In this document: piece by piece, positions 60,059-64,000 of the stretch
Layout: each line of letters begins with the position of its first letter
Position numbering within the stretch: position 1 is the stretch's first letter
Origin: Lingula anatina
Lineage: Eukaryota; Animalia; Brachiopoda
Direction: 5' to 3'
Assembly: GCA_051362555.1 (NCBI GenBank)
Contig: CM120644.1
Location: forward strand, 25,132,534-25,196,533
Length of the DNA: 64,000 bases
Notes under the pieces: generated by a model
The model's database searches: none
Seen by the model: only the letters and a program-made list of their open reading frames with translations
What the model was told of the DNA's origin: nothing
Program-made: the position numbers and the translations under genes

Positions 60059-63000
60059 ATGTGGACCAGTGTCTCACCTAACAAGAAGAAAAATCTTTCT
60101 TTGTGGAGCTGTATCACTGATCACACCAAAGTAGTTCTGATCTTGCTCCTTGCTGTACTCATAGGTAGGAAAACCTTCTTGTTTGATTAAATCAACACAT
60201 GTAAGCAATTTTACCTAGTACATATTTATTTTTTCCCTTTAAATTGACATGTAAGTTACAATTATTATCGTGTCTTCAAACCAGTGTCTTCAGCAGTGCT
60301 CACAGTTAATACTTAAATGTGTATTATTATATTGAAGACCTTTTATATCATGTCCACTCCAGGCTGTGCCTTAAACATTTCATCTTACATTGTACTGGGC
60401 ATTCAAACCACCAGTTTCATTTTATTTACTGGTTCTAATTAAAGAGATAACAACTCTTCATATGAGATCTATATTTCTCAATAAAAAATATTGTAAACAA
60501 TTCATAGAAATATAATGTATTCTGTTTTACTACAAAAACAGCAGTTAAAGCAATTATCCCAGTGATCATTTTACCTCTGCGTCCCGCATCCCTGACGCAC
60601 ATTTTTTACCGTAGACGCAGAGTTTTATAGCATATGCGTCCCCATGGACGCAAAGATTTTTAATTGTGTGAGATTCATAAATAACCTGTCCGTATGCATC
60701 GCTGATCCGCATAGAATACTAGTCGTTAAAGTAGGTTAATCATGTTCATTTTCCTGTTGTTGTATTGAATATTACAATAGCTTCCGGTTAGACTGTGTTT
60801 TAAAAATGCCAGCTGATTGGCTGTTTACGCATCAAATAGCCAATAATATCACTCGTTAGTAATGGCTTTGCACACTTCACTCTACACTTGACCTATTTTC
60901 GACTAAAATAGATTTTCCGCAGCGTGTTCGCAGTGTATGAAATGGCCGCCTGCCCGCCAGCCCGAGGCTGGTAACTTTCAGGCCGGGTGGGTAAGATTTG
61001 CAGATTACCCGCCCGACGGGCTGGCTATTTTTACAGCCTATTTTCACCTTTTATTTTGTCTATGTTCACAAGCCATTTCAGCAAAATATCAAATAAACTC
61101 ATTGTTTTCACCCACTTTCATAGAAGCAAAGAACTAACCATAGCTTGCGCTCGTATCGCAATGTAACCAACAGTCTCCCTCTCAGTGGCCTCGTTTTCGA
61201 AGTTCCGTCTGTGTAATATGAAGTTGAAAGACAATTTGAAACGAGGCACATTGTTCTTAACCAGCTTCAGTGCACAGCAGATAACGTTACGTCATTGTTT
61301 TGTGTAGAGGAGATACCGCGAGTAGCAATTTGTAGGTCGAGAGTAATAAAAATGTGAAAGTATAAAAAGTTATGATATTGATTAAATAGACTTATAGGTA
61401 CATGAAGTGCTTATAATCAACAGTAATAAAGGCAACGGAGCAACAGTAATAAAGGCGAATTAAAGGAGAATTTTACAAAAAAATTGAATCCCAAAATTAT
61501 AAGTGAACGTACGAGTTTACGCCGTGCGTCAGATGTAGTTCTTTTCCCACGTGCTTTCATCTTGGGCTGTCAAAAATGAAAAAAATTCTATCAAGTCCGA
61601 TAGAGAAGTTCACAAAAGAAAAACAATTGAGGAAAGAAATAAAACTAACAAAGATTACGACAGAACCAAACGAAAGAGAACAAATTGGGGCCAATGGAAA
61701 GGTGACTTCGATTTGCAATTAGTCGAGCGGCAACATTTTTTGTAAAACCGTAACTCGAAAGTATCACGCATTGCGATCGAGCGCAACCATCTGGATACAA
61801 TAACTCGCCCATACTCGCCCCATATTATTTATTGTAGCCTCTATGTGATATATATAGCTTTTCTCAATAAGCAATGCTTTCGAGATACGGGGCCCTGCAG
61901 GACTGTCTATGGGCCATTAGCGTGCAGGACTGTTCCCGATCGCTTTTTAAAGCTTAAAAGCGATATTCAAAGGGACCCTACATGCTAAATTCTTTCTTCT
62001 TTATTGTTAGCACAGAGATCGATTTATTTGACAACAATATATATATTTGGTCATACTTGTTGCTATACAGAAAAGCGAAAATTATGATCAAATGATATCA
62101 CAAAATTGGAATAAAAGTTATGAATAAATTATTGAAGAAGAAATGAGACAGCTTGCAAGGTGAGCATAAACTGAATTGACTACCCCCGCCCTCCCCCGCC
62201 CGCTAAAGGGCCCTGAACATTTTTGGTATTTTAGATGGTGAATGGTGCCATTTGGTATGGTTTAGAACTATGATTCAACTAGTGAAAGTCTTATTTCAAG
62301 AGGTGAGTTTAAAAAAAAAAAAAAAAACGGTGTAAAAGGGGGGCGTCAGGAGCCCCCTGACCCCCTCTAAATCCAACACTGACAAGGTATCATTCAGTAG
62401 AAATTCCAAACAATTTTTAAATTTCCATGCATAAGGCACGATATTGCCCTTTCATTTCCAAATTACTCTCCCAAGAATGCATTCTAGACCCCCTCAGTAT
62501 ACCTCTCTTAACTCTAGGTGTTATTGTAGCTAGGGCAGGTAACTATATGGCCGGGCTGGTAACTTTTTAGAGTAATTTCCTTGAATTTCATACACTGGTG
62601 TTCGTCTGCTCAGCGACCATCCGACCATGCCTCCGAAAAAGCAATTATTAATAGAAAGCTAACAGACAATAAAGAATATATTTAAGGTGAGACAGAGTCA
62701 AGCCGAGTTAGAGAAAACTTCTGAGACAGTAAACGCTGTGACTGTCGTTGAGGCTGAGAGTGAGAGTGACGCGGATGAATGTTTGACGGAGGCAAAAACG
62801 GAGTCAAAAAGGAAAATCTGTTCCTTCAAACAACACTGGACAAAGCTCTGCGCTTGGTTAAGGTATAAAAAATGAGGATGGGACTGATTTCATGTATTGT
62901 GATGTATGACCATTGGCAAATAAACGTAATGGGATTGTGAAAGATCCGCGGATATAGGCCTATATGAACTGAAGTAAACTCGTCACTGTCAAATTGCTGA

Positions 63001-64000
63001 AATAAAGAAACTTGAAAAAATAAAAGTAACAAATTGTCAGTTTTGTGGTAATTAACCTTTATCGTTCAAAATGACGGGGACCCATCACAATTGGCAGGGA
63101 CCCATTGTTCAATATCATGTGCGTCCTGTTGGACTCATAATATTTAAAGGTAAAATGATCACTGTTATCCTGAAATCTGTGCTTGCCATCAAACCATATT
63201 ACCTAAAAAGATGGCTATGCTCTATAATGATCTCTTAAGTGATTATTTAAAAAAAACTTTTAAGAAAAAAAAAACAAAAAAAAAAACAGGGATTAACCTT
63301 GAATGTAGAAATGGATTCATTAACAACTGGTAAGTATGGGATAATTGTTTTCGTGTCCCAGGAAAATTCATTTTTGGCCAAAATTAACAGTTGTTATCCT
63401 TTTAAATTTCAGTGGTCCACATTAGAAATTCAATGGTACTACACATCAATGTCATTTATTACACATTTTGGTGTTTTGAAGAATGAGGTTTAATTTGTTT
63501 GTTATGAGGCAAGTGAGATGCACTCATAAATATTTTAAGAAAGCTTAAAGGAAAGGTTAGTTTGTTAAAGAAAAGAACCTACTAGCCATGTCAGACTATG
63601 AAATTCACAAATTCTGAAAACTTTACTGGTCTTTGAGAAATTTGACTGACCGTGGGCATTAGACAAGTGGTTAACATTGCAGACTGCATGTAAGTACCAA
63701 GGGTGTATCCAGGATTTTTTTCAGTATTCTAGTGGATGAACAGTGCCATTTGGTACGGTTTAGAACTTTGATTCAGCTAGTCAAAATTCTAATTTCAAGA
63801 GGGGGACCAGAAATCTAAGGTGTGGTCTGGACCCCCTGCCCCCCCCCCCCCCCCTTAAATCAGCCTCTGAGTACTACTATATGTCACCTTCCTGTTATTC
63901 TGTACTTCAGATGGTGTGTTCTCCTCTCCCTGCCCCAGTGGATGGACTCACTCCCCCTCAGTAGACCTATGATCACCTTCATGTTATATTCTATACTTCA
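60059..64000 (+). CDS. 5' part of a second polycystin-1-like paralog (inverted duplicate); exon 1 at 60059-60164, exon 2 expected just beyond the window
   Basis: Exon 1 encodes MWTSVSPNKKKNLSLWSCITDHTKVVLILLLAVLI, one substitution (F->L) relative to 56643-56538, with an intact gtagga donor. The window ends at tatattctatacttca, the acceptor sequence that precedes the C-type lectin exon in the other copy. Whether the gene is functional cannot be judged here. Confidence 0.6.
60560..63164 (+). mobile_element. Defective hAT-like element with a 6-bp TSD and a transposase N-terminal remnant
   Basis: ttatcc-CAGTGATCATTTTACCT ... AGGTAAAATGATCACTG-ttatcc. Remnant MPPKK (62627)...SFKQHWTKLCAWLRY../..FMYCDV resembles the TTF-type zinc finger of ZNF862-like transposases. 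Empty site at ~56095-56110. Confidence 0.82.
60931..62597. mobile_element. TIR element with a 7-bp TSD nested in 60560-63164
   Basis: gtgttcg-CAGTGTATGAAAT ... ATTTCATACACTG-gtgttcg. Confidence 0.8.

Larger units (their letters stand above)
55236..64000. repeat. Large inverted segmental duplication; arms ~55236-58265 and ~59028-64000+, spacer ~58266-59027
   Basis: Reverse-complement matches: 58162-58265/59028-59130, 57414-57592/59124-59307, 56731-56803/59439-59516, 56110-56730/59972-60559, 55640-56100/63165-63605 and 55236-55350/63880-64000, interrupted by arm-specific insertions. Confidence 0.92.

Noticed and set aside
63911-63973. Apparent exon 2 of the plus-strand paralog with a premature TGA
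   Set aside because: It is a decoy copy of the ~90-bp acceptor repeat; the genuine acceptor falls at the window edge, so it is not evidence of pseudogenisation.

Overview
AT-rich, intron-rich animal genomic DNA (an invertebrate; mollusc-like repeat content, which is inference). I reconstructed three complete spliced genes by hand with consistent GT-AG sites and phases: (1) CDCA7 on the minus strand (9 coding exons, 9629->5631, ~293 aa); (2) PNPO, head-to-head with it on the plus strand (10510->23054, ~236 aa), with two duplicated and apparently mutually exclusive versions of exon 4; (3) a 34-exon, ~2987-aa polycystin-1-like/REJ gene on the minus strand (56643->23846; C-type lectin, 2x[Sushi+TSP1], EGF-like, REJ/GAIN-GPS, PLAT, TM channel domain) with ~44 copies of a 16-aa repeat in one exon. 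The right end (~55.2-64 kb) is a large inverted duplication that starts a second, divergent polycystin paralog. Its arms carry independent transposon insertions and long hairpins. The most unusual signal is that at least 11 unrelated tandem arrays or local duplications are built from exon-intron junctions, so introns hold up to dozens of decoy splice sites. The largest arrays all repeat an AG|GT junction. Many non-autonomous DNA transposons are present (hAT-like with 5/6/7-bp TSDs, Harbinger-like, TA-TSD, Helentron-like). All coordinates were read by eye and no database searches were run.
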